Assembly (NCBI RefSeq): GCF_006345805.1
Contig: NC_043006.1
Span: 13,144,001-13,208,000 of the forward strand
Length of the DNA stretch: 64,000 nt
Direction: 5' to 3'
Source of the DNA: Octopus sinensis
Taxonomy: Eukaryota
Numbering within the stretch: the stretch's first letter is position 1; every line of letters begins with the position of its first letter. Position numbers and translations under genes: made by a program. This document shows positions 1 to 11,484 of the stretch, in pieces. Under the pieces are notes generated by a model, which was given only the letters and a program-made list of their open reading frames with translations, was not told the origin of the DNA and made no database searches.

Positions 1-27
1 GCACTAGCAGCATAGTGTAGCAGTTCT

Positions 28-70
28 TCACCTTCTTCTTCTTCTTCTTCTTCTTATTATTATTATTATA

Positions 71-106
<36 letters not shown>

Positions 107-170
107 GTTGTTGTTGTTGTTGTGTTGTTGTTGTTGTTGTGTTGTTGTTGTTGCTGCTGTTGTTGTTGTA
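28..170. repeat. Compound trinucleotide microsatellite (CTT)n-(TTA)n-(TTG)n
   Basis: Directly visible tandem triplets; ORF 28..216 is only its translation. Confidence 0.95.
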
Positions 171-289
171 AACATGTTGATATATATACATATACGGTTA
201 TCAATTTGTATTGCAAGATTCCTGATGTGAAATCGTGTGTTGAAACCGATCTTGTATTTCGGGATATTCTTTTTTTTTTGTTCTTTTTG

Positions 290-585
290 TGCTAAATAAA
301 CACATGCTCTATATATATATTTACCCTACACTCGTTTATTACAGTTCGTATTTTATTATTTTAACTCATGTCTATTGCCCGGAAAGTTTTCGTCACACAT
401 TTGTGACCTCTTCAGTGACACTTTTCGTTTTCGTGTGTGTTCTTGCTCCACAACGAAAAGAGTCGCAGAAGAGGTCACAAATGTGTGATAAACAATATCT
501 GGGCAATATACATGAGTTAAAATAATCAAATAAGAACACTAATAAACGAGTGAAGAATAAATATAGTGCGTGTGTTAATTTGGCA

Positions 586-586
<1 letters not shown>
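290..586. mobile_element. Foldback (long inverted repeat) element, probable Penelope-like pLTR remnant (family E)
   Basis: Imperfect inverted arms about 290-430 and 450-586, e.g. ttaactcatgtctattgccc vs gggcaatatacatgagttaa. Minus strand carries CTGAAGA-G-GTCAC/GTGAC-GAAA. Related copy at about 19385-19590. Confidence 0.55.
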
Positions 587-631
<45 letters not shown>

Positions 632-1529
632 ATTCGTACGTGTTATTTAGGCAATTAGTTTCTTGATGATAATGACATTGTTGTCTTTCGTTCTTTCGTT
701 CCTAACAGAAATATTTGAGATATTAGAAGCCTCTTCAGACTAGAAATAGACAATGAATTTGTCAATATAGCTTGCTTGCACCAGCTGTAAGCGCTAAATA
801 ATATATTGTATTTTTATATTGGATTGTCGCATCTTTATGAAATAACCGTATAAAAGACACTACCGCTATTGCTGCTGCTGCTGCTGCTGCTGTTTTTGTT
901 GCTGCAACGCTTTTTCTTTTTGCTGCTATTTAGCCCAAGGTAAGTTCTGATCAAGGAGATCTCTGATTAATAACGTGGCCTCCATTAATAGCCAGCATAT
1001 TTTATTTCCTCTTTCCTTTACTGCTCTTTCACATTTATTGTAGATAGTATTACGCTGTCTTATGTGTTCCATGCAGTTTATTATTGAGTGGTTAGAGCAG
1101 GGCTCGCACTTATTTTTCCTTTTTTTTTCTTGTTTTCGTTTGCTTTCTCCTAATTTTATCAGTCGGTGGAAATTCGGTCCCACTAGAATACCCTGCAGAA
1201 AGATTTTATCGAACATTTCTAAATCCAGTAATTGTTCTCTCGGTAGAATTTTATGGAACTCTTAATTCATGGAACGTAAAGCATTCATCAAGCTGTAGGG
1301 CAGGACCAAGCACAAACACAAAGATATACACACATAGATACATACATAAATACACGCACACCTACATATATAGGTGCGGCTGTGTGGTAAGAAGATTGCT
1401 TCCCAGCCACATGATTCTGGGTTCGATCTTACTGCGTGGCATGTTGGGAAAGTGTCTTCTACTATAGCCTCGGGTCAACCAAAGTCTTGTGAGTGGATTT
1501 AATATATAGGAACTGAAAGAAGCCCGTCG

Positions 1530-1581
<52 letters not shown>

Positions 1582-1583
<2 letters not shown>

Positions 1584-1771
1584 CCATGTAAATCGTTAGC
1601 CACTACACACATATTTTCTCTCCTTGTTTTTTTTTTCTGTGTCCCTTTCTGTAGAAGAGCGTAGGCTCGAAACGTAAAAGACTTTTTCTATTCCTGAGCG
1701 TTATACTAATACATCTGTTTAATTTTGTATACCACCTGTCCTCGACTTTTGTTTTTTTCGTAAACTCTTCC

Positions 1772-1772
<1 letters not shown>
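1582..1772 (+). mobile_element. (TA)n-embedded Penelope-like pLTR-type element, family A
   Basis: About 190 bp unit flanked by (TA)n, with a hammerhead-like motif. Homologues at 30385-30580, 30670-30745, 43222-43519, 47876-48050. Confidence 0.65.
1641..1682 (+). ncRNA. Minimal type I hammerhead-like motif, family A (variant core CUGUAGA)
   Basis: CTTT-CTGTAGA-A-GAG(CGTAGG)CTC-GAAAC-GT-A-AAAG: stem I CTTT/AAAG, stem II GAG/CTC, ACGT palindromic stem III, GUA triplet. Confidence 0.55.
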
Positions 1773-1807
<35 letters not shown>

Positions 1808-2266
1808 CTTAAATCTGTATGTGTGTGTTTGTTTGTCCTTCCATCACGGCTTCAAAACCGGTGCTGGTGTGTTTACGTCTACGTAACTCGACCGTTCGTC
1901 AAAATACCGATAGAATAAGTACTAGGCTTTAAAAAAGTAAGTCCTGGTGTAGATTTGATCGACCAAAACATTTTAAGACAATGCTCCAGCATGACTGTAG
2001 TCAAATGACTGAAACAAGTAAAAGAATAAAACCATAAGAGAATATATCATTTTACGTGTTTCAGTCATTTAACTGCAGCCATGCTGGAGCACCACCTTTA
2101 GTCGAGAAAATCGACTCCAGGACTTGTTCTTTGAAAGTCTAGTACTTACTCTATCATTCACTTTTGCCGAAAGGCTAAGTTACGGGGACGTACACAAACC
2201 AGCATCGGTTGTCAAGCGATGATGGGGGAATAGACACACACACAAGCATATGCACACACACGCACA

Positions 2267-2333
<67 letters not shown>

Positions 2334-2351
2334 ATATATATATATATATAA

Positions 2352-2683
2352 TAATAAATATTAGGGAATAAATCCAAATTTACAGGGAAAAAATCAGATT
2401 TAGGATTAAATCCATTTTATAGTAAAATATTATAAAATATTATTAGAGACAAAACCACTATTTTGCAAAACAAACAAGGAAAGACTTAATCAATACATAA
2501 AATTTTAATAAATAGTCAAAAAACCGCCACTACAATTGTTTCTTGTCTTGATCGACAATCTTCAGGTGGACTCCAATAAGTCAGTTTCAAATTTTTTGAC
2601 TATTTATTAAAATTTTATGTATTGATTAAGTCTTTCCTTGTTTGTTTTGCAAAATAGTGGTTTTGTCTCTAATAATATTTTAT
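2352..2683 (-). mobile_element. Penelope-like pLTR with inverted partial copy, family B
   Basis: Arms about 2431-2523 and 2592-2683 are inverted; (TA)n on both sides; near-identical to 9718-10150. Confidence 0.7.
2527..2569 (-). ncRNA. Minimal type I hammerhead ribozyme motif, family B
   Basis: Minus strand reads CCAC-CTGAAGA-TTGTC(GATCAA)GACAA-GAA-ACAATTGT-A-GTGG: canonical core, 5-bp stem II, palindromic stem III, 4-bp stem I, GUA triplet. Confidence 0.8.
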
Positions 2684-2709
2684 ATATATATATATATAAT
2701 ATATATAAT

Positions 2710-2747
<38 letters not shown>

Positions 2748-2912
2748 CGACGGACTTCTTTCAGTTTCCGTCTACCAAATCCACTCACAAGGCTTTGGTC
2801 TGTCCGAGGCTATAGTAGAAGACACTTGCCCAAGGGGCTACGTAGGTGCTACGGAACAGTGTGGTTGGTAAGCAAGTTACTTGCTACGCTGCCACTCCTT
2901 TGCCTATATATA

Positions 2913-3905
2913 CAGGGGTTGGACAAAATAGTGGAAACACCTGAAAATTTAAAACAAATTTATTTTAATATGGGTAGCTTGAATTCTACGAGGTATGGAC
3001 TCATACAAAGTTTGAATTGTTTCCAAAGGAATTTCTGTTCATTCTTCAGCTAAAACAGTCTGCAGTTCTTGTAGTGATGATGGTGGAGGATATCGGCTCC
3101 TTACTTGTTTTTCTAAAATACACCATAAATGTGCTGGCCAGATAAAATAGATGTTCGACTTCACTAGAATGTTCTGCGTGCCATTCAGTAACAAATTTAG
3201 CTGTGTGAATTGGAGCATTAACATTCTGAAAGATTGCGTTTCCCTCTGGAAACAGTTCCGGAACCATAGGATGAATTTGATCAGATACAATGCTTAAATA
3301 GTCGTGACTATTAATTCTGCCATGAAGGGAAACCATTGAGCTGGCGGATTTCCAAGATATTACAGATCCTCCACCATATTTAACAGTTAGAAGAAGGCAG
3401 TCTTGGTTAAATGCTTCTTTTGGCTGTCTCCACAGGTACAATCGGCCTGTGGTCGGAAATAAGGTAAAGGATGACTCATCCGAGAAAATAACATTCTTCC
3501 ATTGCTCTAGGTACCAATTCTGTAAGTTTTTACCCCTCTCTAAAGGCTTTGCAAAATTTGTTTTTGAAAGTAGTGGTTTTGTGATTGCAGCCCTCCCGGA
3601 AAATCCAGCTTTGTGGAAAATGGGTTCTCGAGGTGGTCATTAAGCACTACAGTAATTTTGGGAGCTGTACTTTGTGATCCTTTCTAACAATTCGCGTAAG
3701 AGTCCGACTGTCCCTGTCTGAAAGTTTTGTTTTTTCTGGAGTTTTCTTTCGACGAGGAAGTTTTTCCCTCTTTCCCAAAGGCTATCATTACTTTCGAGGC
3801 AGTACTTCTTGACACACCAAACACTTCGGCTGCTTTCGTTACGCTAGCGTCTGCCATACGAGCACCAACAATTTGACCTCGTTGAAAGTCTGATAGAGCT
3901 GTCGT
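2913..3905 (-). pseudogene. Tc1-like (DD34E-type) transposon, disrupted transposase, one TIR visible
   Basis: TA|CAGGGGTTGGACAAAATAGTGG TIR at 2913. Minus-strand peptides LSDFQRGQIVGARMA, WKNVIFSDESSFTLF, TVKYGGGSV, FQNVNAPIHTA, WPAHLW, with frameshifts and stops. Confidence 0.9.
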
Positions 3906-4152
3906 TTTAATGAATTTTAATTATCTTTTTCTGCTGATATCTGAAAAAAAAACAGTAACAGATTGACTTATTTCTTGTTACTTCAAGTTTCACGTCCACA
4001 AAATATAAAGGAACATAATGCAACTCTGACAGTAAGTGTTGAGTGGAGTAAGTGTTCAATTGTTCGCTCATGCTTATACATATTCGTACACACAAATACA
4101 TATATGTATGTGTGTGGCTGTCCGTGCGTGTATACACATATATGCATGCATA

Positions 4153-4262
4153 CATGGCCTAGTGGTTAGCGTGTTGCCCTCATGATTGCGAGTTCGTGGT
4201 TTCAATTCTTGGACTGGGTGATAAATTTTGTCCTTGAACTAGACACTTCACTTCATATTATT
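4153..4262 (+). mobile_element. Degenerate SINE head of the family forming the 55-58 kb array
   Basis: tggcctagtggttagcgtg...ggtttcaattcttggactggg...tccttgaactagacacttca. Confidence 0.6.
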
Positions 4263-4611
4263 TCATGACCATTTCGACACCTGACGTGTGGAATACCGTA
4301 CTCCTATTCAGACAATCTCGATTGAATGGAGCATGTAAGCTAATACACAGCACATACATTTGATCATTGTAAACGAATATCACTTCTGCAGATCGTTCAG
4401 CAGAATCTGATCTCTCATACGTCGTCATCGATGGAAAATTCTTTTAGTTTCTGTCCACGATAGTCACTCATAACGCATTGGTCGATCCCATGGCTAAGGC
4501 AGATATTCCTTGCCTAAACTAAACAATGACTCTGGAAACCCGAAACCAAGTGTACGTAATGGGAAATTCTTAACCACACACAATCGCATCTGCACCTTAA
4601 TGTATGCACCT

Positions 4612-4644
4612 GTGTGTGTGTGCGTATGTGTGTGTGTGTGTCTG

Positions 4645-4695
<51 letters not shown>

Positions 4696-4760
4696 TGTGT
4701 CTGTGTGTGTCTGTGTGTGTGTGTGTGTGTCTGTGTCTGTGTCTGTGTCTGTGTCTGTGT
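4612..4760. repeat. (GT)n/(GTGTCT)n microsatellite
   Basis: Visible tandem repeat. Confidence 0.95.
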
Positions 4761-6004
4761 TCTTTTCGGGAAGTGTGGTAGAATTCTCGAGTCGGAAATG
4801 TCTGGTTGGAATGATTCCAAAAGCGTGGTCCCCGTATAAAGGTAGCCATAAGATAGATGTTAGGAGTAAATCAGATGACATATTAAGTCTGGTTTCCAAA
4901 TTTGGTGAGATTTTGATTTCAGAGATGAAGGGTTTAATAGATATTACTTGAAGGCTGAGCAACCACGTAAATTTTTCCCCTCATATTTTGATTATTTTAA
5001 AGCACATTTATTATACAGGGTGCAACAAAATAATCCTCCCTTATTCAGGATTCTTATAAACCTTTCATCTATGCATTGTGCGCATAGATACAAATCATGA
5101 TGGTTACTGACAAGGAAAAAAAAGTGGCAAAACATTGACTACGTGAAGACACCGTTACCATTTGCCTGAGTTCACCGAAGTTCACCAGCGTCACGTCAAT
5201 GAGCGCGTAATATAAAGAAGATTTTCCAGTAACACCATGTAATATTCAGGAGTTATATAAGCCTTAAATTCTTTTTATTTTATCTCATATATTATCAAAA
5301 ATTTCTTTGCTGTGTTCTTTGTAACATTTACCAAATTATAATTTTATGTGTTCAGATGTGTTTTAGCTTCTTTTTGTTTTGTTTTTTTTTCATTGCTTTT
5401 TAATTGATAAAGCACGAAACTTTATGTTTCCAATTTCAAGCAGAAATAATCCACTTATCAATGATCTTTATTTTTATTTTCATTTCTTTTCCAAAGTTTA
5501 GCAAATTCTCTTTTATTTGTTTTTAAGAAGTTAGAAACCATATTAATATTTAAAACACATTTCCCTTCCATCTGATAGCAAACTCTCAGATTAAAAGCAA
5601 TTTCCAAAACGTTTAAAATTCACACAAATTCCCGAAATAAAATTATAAATAGTCACACATACAACATCTTTTACGACTTTAATACTAATCTTATTAAGTT
5701 ATTTCAAACAGTTTGACTAATTCTGGTAAAATTGAGGTAAAATGCAGTTGATGAAGCATAAATGATAACTAAATAGATAATTATAATATCCATAATGAAT
5801 TAAATGGGTTTTTGTGTTCAACGTATTTGTATAGCATTACAGTGAAGTTCTGTGTGAAGACTCTTTCTCCTTATACAATCCGCTTCACATTCAATTACAT
5901 TTTGCTTAGCCAAAGCTGAAAATTTTTCTCTGCATTTTTATTGCACAGAGTGAGGTCAGTAAAAACTACCCGATTCTTGAAATAGGAACGATCCCTAAAC
6001 GATC

Positions 6005-6290
6005 TCTCCACAGGTACAATCGGCATGTGGTCGGAAATGAGATAAAGTATGACTCGTCCGAGAAAATAACATCCTTCCATTGCACTAAGGACCAATTCTG
6101 TAGGTTTTTACTCCACTCTAAACGCTTTGCAATGTTTGTTTTTGAAAGTAGTGGTTTTCTGATTGCAGCCCTCCCGGAAAATCTAGCTGTGTGGAAAATG
6201 GGTTCTCGAAGTGGTCATTAAGCACTGCAGTAATTTTGGGAGCTGTACTTTGTGATCCTTTCTAACAATTCACGTAAGAGTCCGACTGTC
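6005..6290 (-). pseudogene. Second internal fragment of the same Tc1 family
   Basis: 286 bp colinear with 3427-3712, about 21 mismatches by eye. Confidence 0.9.
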
Positions 6291-7247
6291 AAGGAATATA
6301 ATTACCACCGAAAAAAACCCCGAAAGTCCGTGGATTTGCGAACGAAATCTCTCAAGATACTTATTTAGTATCGGTTTACAAACACTTCCTTGTCCCACTT
6401 TCACTGTCAAAAATGCAGTGATTTGGTGATTGGTGCGTGAGAAAACCACAAACATCGCCGATATCTATCGTTCGCAACCTACTACTTGAAATAAATGAAT
6501 TAATTAATAGGACAACCAGCATGCTTAATTAGTAAATCTTAGTGGTAATATAAACAGTAAATACTTAGTACATTAATGAATGTTTTTACGCCTCATTTTG
6601 GGTTCAAGATTCTAAAAAATATTGTCTTCTATATGCAATAAATTATGCTTTCTCTGCTATTTTAAAAATGAAGGAAGCGTTCAGTGTTGGAGTAATAGAT
6701 ACACGATGACTGAGAAAAACTCACTAAATCATCAAGGCTGAAATGCACAGTAATATGCGCCTGTTAGAACATAGCTAACCTTGAGCTAAATAATAATAAT
6801 AATAATATCAAGAGCCATAACAACCACAACAATAACAACAGCATAAACATTTCGTGCAATATTTCTAAATTAGTGATAAAAGCTTATCAAAGTAGTTTTC
6901 GTGTTTTCTAGCTTTTGCAAGATGGAAACAGTTTCATTATTAATTTTCTTTTTTCTTTTTCTTTTTCTTTTCTTTTTTTTTTTGAATCTCATGTGATTCG
7001 GTTTACGTTGTTAACGCAACTGAGGTATATTTCTTTCCCATCTGCTCTAAAAAAAAATATAAGATATTAGTGCTCAGTTAAAACGTAACCAAGAATAATA
7101 TACGTACATTCAATATAATAGCTCTAATCTAAGTATATCTATCTATGTATGTAAGCGAAAAAATATTAGTGGTCTTTTTCTCACCATCCAACACACCGAC
7201 CCTAAGCAACACGTGCCTTATCACCGCCTCTGACACCAACTATCTCA

Positions 7248-7628
7248 TCTCTCTATATATAAACGGCAGTTTGTCTGTGCGTGTTTCTGTGTGTCTGTTT
7301 GCTTGTACCCTCACCCTGACCACGGCTTTCAACCGATTCTGATGAAACTTGACACACACATAGCCCAATGTCATAATTCAAAACTAACGCAGAGAAAATT
7401 TTGAAAAGTTCCCCCAGTTCTGAAAAAAATCGATAAATTCGACATGGGTCGAGAATCAGAAACACAAACCGCAAACTGTCTAGGGGACGCAACTCCACCT
7501 TTTTTAACTAAAAAAAAATTTACCATCATTTTTTTCCATTTTTTTGCTATTTTTTGGCTATAACTCTCTAAAAATGCTTTATAGTTATTTCCCTTACAAA
7601 CCTGAGCAACGCCGGGCGATACTGTTAG
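7248..7628 (+). mobile_element. Non-autonomous Helitron-like element
   Basis: A|TC...tctatatataaa 5' end; subterminal GC hairpin cctgagcaacgccggg; 3' end (C>T)TAG|T; no TSD. Confidence 0.65.
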
Positions 7629-7737
7629 TGTAGTAATAAAACAGAAGTAATACGTACCTCATATGTGCCACGTCTCCGAAGAAATGGGAGTGAAAGTATT
7701 CTTATCCCTGAGATTTATTGTTATTAATTCAAGATTT

Positions 7738-7925
7738 TAGGCGGTGAGCTGGCAGAATCGTTAGCCCTCTTTGCGATATTTCGTCCGTCTTTACATTCTG
7801 AGTTCAAATTCTGCCGAGGTCGACTTTGCCTCTCATTCTTTCCGGGTCGATAAAATAAGTAGCATTTGAGCGCGGGAAATTATGTAATTGACTTTCTCCT
7901 TCCTCAGAAATTTTGAAATTTGAAA
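7738..7925 (+). mobile_element. Degenerate tRNA-derived SINE (gagctggcagaa...gagttcaaattc family)
   Basis: ggcggtgagctggcagaatcgttag, ctgagttcaaattctgccgaggtcgactttgcc. Confidence 0.8.
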
Positions 7926-8308
7926 TCATTAATTCAAGATTTGACATTCATTCTAAATACAGAGCCCGCGAGGGTATCATTATATGAGTGTGTGTGTGTG
8001 TCTGTGTCTGTGTATGTATGTGTGCGCGTGTGTGTGTGTTTAATATAAATAATATATGCATATGGATATATACATACGTATATGTACATACCTACATCTA
8101 TATGTATATATACATATATATGCATATGTGGGCACGAGACGTCACGAAAGGTGTACAACAAAGAAGTACGAAGCACGAGTACATGGAACATGAACTATTT
8201 TTTCGAACAACGAAAGACACAAATGGAAAACAAAACAAACAACAAAAAGAACGACCCCTCCTCAGTTGTTGGCTGTTTTTCTACTCTCGTATTTCGAGCA
8301 TTTAATAT

Positions 8309-8644
8309 GGCGCAAGGCTCAGTGGTTAGAGCGTCGAGCTTACGATCGTGAGGTTGTGAGCTCGAATCCCGGACCGGGCTGCGTGTTGTGTTCTTGAGCA
8401 AGGCACTTTATTTCACGTTGCTCCAGTTCACTCAACTGTAGAAATGAGTTGCGACGTCACAGGTGCCAAGCTGTATCGGCCTTTGCCTTTCCCTTGGTTA
8501 ACACTGGTGGCGTGGAGAGGGGGGGCCGGTATGCATGGGCGACTGCTGGTCTTCCATAAACAACCTCGCCCGGACTTGTGTCTAGGAGGGTAACTTTCTA
8601 GGTGCAATCCCATAGTCATTCATGACCGAAGGGGGTCTTTACCC
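8309..8644 (+). mobile_element. tRNA-derived SINE, middle module M1 plus tail T2
   Basis: Box A/B-like head; gtgttcttgagcaaggcactttatttcacgttgctccag shared with the array family; 3' part shared with 32964-33140. Confidence 0.8.
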
Positions 8645-9633
8645 TGCGTGTGTATACATATATGTGTGTGTATGTATGTATGTATTTATGTTTTTTTTTC
8701 TAGTTTCAGCTCAGAGCTGCGGCCATGCTGTATGTATGTATGTATGATGTATGTATGTATGTATGTATGTATGTATGTATGTATGTATGTATGTATGTAT
8801 TTATGTATGTATGTATATATGTATGTATGTATGTATAGAGACAGGCAGGCAGACAAACAAACAAACACAGAGACACAGAGTACCATATTACACGTATATA
8901 TTTATATATATATATATACGAATTGAGAGCCGAAACTTTGGTATTCCCTTCCTCTCCAACGGCATAGAAACATCCAAATTTACGAACTCCAATAATCAAA
9001 TACTGTTTACTTAGCTTCCAGTGCTGAATTCTTCCTTTGGGTACAAAATACAGACAAATAATCAGGAACAAGATTACTTGATTTAGATACACTGAAAGAA
9101 AACCAGAAAAAATATAGATTTCAAATGTTCGTACAAAGCCTGCAAGTTCGTGTGAGGAGATAAGTGGATTACATCGGCCCAGTATTCCAGTAGTACTTAT
9201 TTTACTCCCGAAATTTGAACGTTGTATGTAAAAACGGACGAAAAAGCATCAAAACATTTTGTCCGGCGTGCTAAGGAATCTGCTAGCTTTCCACCAGAAA
9301 AAAATTATATGTATATAATATATCGTTATTTAACATCTAATACTATGTTATCTAGCTTATGTTTATTGTTACACCTATAGGCTACCATACCAATGCACTA
9401 CAAAAGTAAGACGCATCACAGATTTCAATTCCTCTATTTGCTGAAATCGATAAGTTGCCTTGATATCTTTAATCAGAAGAAGAAAAAATTCAAGAAATCG
9501 ACTTCATTTATCGTTCTAGATTGTGGGATAAATAATATCATTTCTACGCACTTCTTAATCTAATATCTGTTTCCAGATTTCATTGTTAAGAAGGAATTAT
9601 TTATCACTTCACAAATGATTCTTCAGCGATTTA

Positions 9634-9669
<36 letters not shown>

Positions 9670-9671
9670 TA

Positions 9672-9721
<50 letters not shown>

Positions 9722-9894
9722 ATAAATATTAGGGAATAAATCCAAATTTACAGGGAAAAAATCAGATTAGGATTAAATCGATTTTATAGTAAAATATTAT
9801 AAAATATTATTCGAGACAAAACCACTATTTTGCAAAACAAACAAGGAAAGACTTAATCAATACATAAAATTTTAATAAATAGTCAAAAAAACCG

Positions 9895-9937
9895 CCACTA
9901 CAATCGTTTCTTGTCTTGATCGACAATCTTCAGGTGG
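9895..9937 (-). ncRNA. Hammerhead ribozyme motif, family B (minus-strand arm)
   Basis: Reverse complement of 10012-10054. Confidence 0.75.
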
Positions 9938-10011
9938 ACTTCCAATAATTCAGTGTCAAATTATGAACTATCTATCTATCTATCTAAATTTGACACTGAA
10001 TTATTGGAAGT

Positions 10012-10054
10012 CCACCTGAAGATTGTCGATCAAGACAAGAAACGATTGTAGTGG
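10012..10054 (+). ncRNA. Hammerhead ribozyme motif, family B (plus-strand arm)
   Basis: CCAC-CTGAAGA-TTGTC(GATCAA)GACAA-GAAAC-GATT-GT-A-GTGG; predicted cleavage after 10050. Confidence 0.75.
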
Positions 10055-10141
10055 CGGTTTTTTTGACTATTTATTAAAATTTTATGTATTGATTAAGTCT
10101 TTCCTTGTTTGTTTTGCAAAATAGTGGTTTTGTCTCGAATA

Positions 10142-10183
<42 letters not shown>

Positions 10184-10810
10184 CATAACTTTATAGATAG
10201 ATAGTTAGATAGATAGGTAGATATAGATACACACACACATATATATAGATGGACACATACACACGCAGGCACACACACATATGTGTATATATATATATAT
10301 ATATATACGAGAGCAGATGAAAACAGCCTATGATTTTTATTGTAACATCGCAAATTACATAATCTTTGGATATTCAATGAATTCCATGGAGTTCGAAGCA
10401 TTGGTTAACTGTTATGCTATCTCATTCGATACAGCAATTCTTTAATAGATGGTAGATAAATAAATTGATAGATAGATAGATAGAGGGAGAGAGAGAGATA
10501 CATACATACATACATACATACATACATACATACATACATACATACATACATACATACATACATACATACATACATTCATACATACATACATACATACATA
10601 CATGTATAGACACACACATACATATATACATGCATACATGCAGACAGACAGAGAGAAAAGAAGAAATTAGTACGTCTGCATACATGAATGTATGTGTCAT
10701 TTTTCATCGGTGTATGTAAATAGTAGATCTATTAGAGCAGACTTATTTATGAATATCAAAAGAAATTAATGAATGTCTTACATTGAATTTACAAAATATA
10801 GGCATACAGC

Positions 10811-10880
<70 letters not shown>

Positions 10881-11484
10881 CTGAGAGAGAAAGATAGACT
10901 TACATATATACCTACATATACACATACATGCATATATACATATGAAAACTATTCAAGAACTTATCATTATTTTAATCTTTTCTTTTGTATTAATCACGAC
11001 GCATATTATAATTCATTATTCATACCGGCTTATTTTCAATCTGAATTTTAGATTTGAGCATGACTGACAAATCTTGATTAACGACAATAAATCTCAAGAA
11101 CGAGATTGTTGATTTTGTAATCTCGTTCATCAAACACAATCTGTTGATTATTAAGAGAAATACGACGAGGCTTAGTGATATCCTTGACAGGATATATTAC
11201 CGAGATGTTTCATTTTTATTGCATAAGAACATCAAACTAATTTATAATTATTGAAGTTGGCAAGCCTATAACATCTTTGTAAACAATACGAAATATACTT
11301 TAACAATAATAATCTCAATCTTCTAAGCTGATAAACTTATTATTTTAACTGGCATCAAGTTACGTTCTTTCTTTCGTATGAAATAATAACGCGTATTTTA
11401 TTGTACACTGTATCGTTCATACATTTACCCAACTCTCTTTATGGTTGTATTCTTATACGTATAACAGGTATGTTTGTCCTATCT

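Larger units (their letters stand above)
1373..2030 (+). mobile_element. Long tRNA-derived SINE with internal (TA)n tract, interrupted by a hammerhead-bearing element
   Basis: Head ggctgtgtggtaag...gggttcgat (box A/B-like), body gaaagaagcccgtcgtata, 3' part ending gactgaaacaagtaaaagaataaa. Same family at 2050-2905, 33183-33487, 36377-36530, 48745-49165, 49460-49637, 63895-63975. Confidence 0.8.
2050..2905 (-). mobile_element. Long tRNA-derived SINE (same family as 1373-2030), interrupted by a family B element
   Basis: Reverse-complement match to head, body and tail of the 1373-2030 copy; internal (CA)n(TA)n tract. Confidence 0.8.
9718..10150. mobile_element. Family B Penelope-like pLTR with perfect 164-bp inverted repeat
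   Basis: Arms 9799-9962 and 9987-10150 are exact reverse complements with a 24-bp spacer; (TA)n on both sides. Confidence 0.8.

Noticed and set aside
690-740. CTGAAGA...GAAA on the minus strand
   Set aside because: No stem I or NUH in register
5013-5045. TA|CAGGGTG Tc1/mariner-like terminus
   Set aside because: No matching opposite TIR or transposase found nearby
9598-9632. CTGAAGA plus a 7-bp hairpin on the minus strand
   Set aside because: Followed by AAAT rather than GAAA, and no stem I
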